64,000 bases of DNA from a virus. Lineage: Duplodnaviria; Caudoviricetes. Location of the stretch: IMG/VR virus record IMGVR_UViG_3300025154_000056, positions 40,341 through 104,340 of that record; one strand, given 5' to 3'. The position numbers and the translations under genes were made by a program. Below, in pieces: positions 63,865 through 64,000 of the stretch. The notes below the pieces were generated by a model, which worked only from the letters and a program-made list of their open reading frames with translations, ran no database searches and was not told the DNA's origin. Positions within the stretch are counted from its first letter, which is position 1; each line of letters opens with the position of its first letter.

Positions 63865-64000
63865 TGAAAGCCGTGGGCGACGGCTACGGCGACGGCTACG
63901 GCAACGGCGACGGCTACGGCGACGGCAACGGCGACGGCTACGGCGACGGCTACGGCAACGGCGACGGCTACGGCGACGGCAACGGCTACGGCTACGGCTA
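63864..64000 (+). CDS. Gly-rich G[DN]GYG repeat protein (partial)
   Basis: MKAVGDGYGDGYGNGDGYGDGNG...; tandem GGCGAC/GGCTAC/GGCAAC hexamers running off the window. Confidence 0.7.
   Translation, partial: MKAVGDGYGDGYGNGDGYGDGNGDGYGDGYGNGDGYGDGNGYGYG

Noticed and set aside
63876-64000. Tandem repeats that might be a CRISPR array or VNTR
   Set aside because: 6-nt units encode Gly-X repeats in frame; there are no spacers

Overview
This window is part of a tailed dsDNA bacteriophage genome with a contractile tail (myovirus-type). Nearly all genes lie on the + strand. Terminase and portal are not in the window, so the genome extends beyond it, and no integrase, tRNA, rRNA or CRISPR array was seen. 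Layout: head genes (scaffold, N4-gp56-like major capsid; 1-7 kb), then a contractile tail and baseplate resembling extracellular contractile injection systems, with a -1 frameshifting tail chaperone and a beta-helix tail fibre (7-27.6 kb). A lipoprotein and holin follow (27.6-28.4 kb), then a replication/recombination module (SF2 helicase, DnaC, DnaB, primase, SSB, PolA, ligase, RecA, Cas4-like nuclease, resolvases, UvsY-like, SpoVS; 28.6-48 kb). DNA-modification genes comprise two methyltransferases and queD/queE/folE plus dpdA, with no queC. H1-like and acidic/Tudor-like proteins, lytic enzymes and a run of small early-type genes with their own promoters and a shared RBS close the window (59.9-64 kb). 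Best candidates for undescribed biology: (1) a promoter- and terminator-bounded ~135-nt RNA at 28.38-28.52 kb whose unpaired segment can pair over 15 bp (2 G-U) with the CAACAACGGAGGA ribosome-binding site shared by the early genes; (2) an N-terminal motif M-x-[FILV]-R-L on seven non-structural proteins, conserved at protein but not codon level, with a possible acidic Tudor-like hub; (3) a loop-deleted tail-tube paralogue far from the tail genes; (4) an HNH endonuclease inserted into the 5' end of a methyltransferase gene, with a recoded replacement N-terminus. All family assignments come from motif recognition by eye; no database searches were run.
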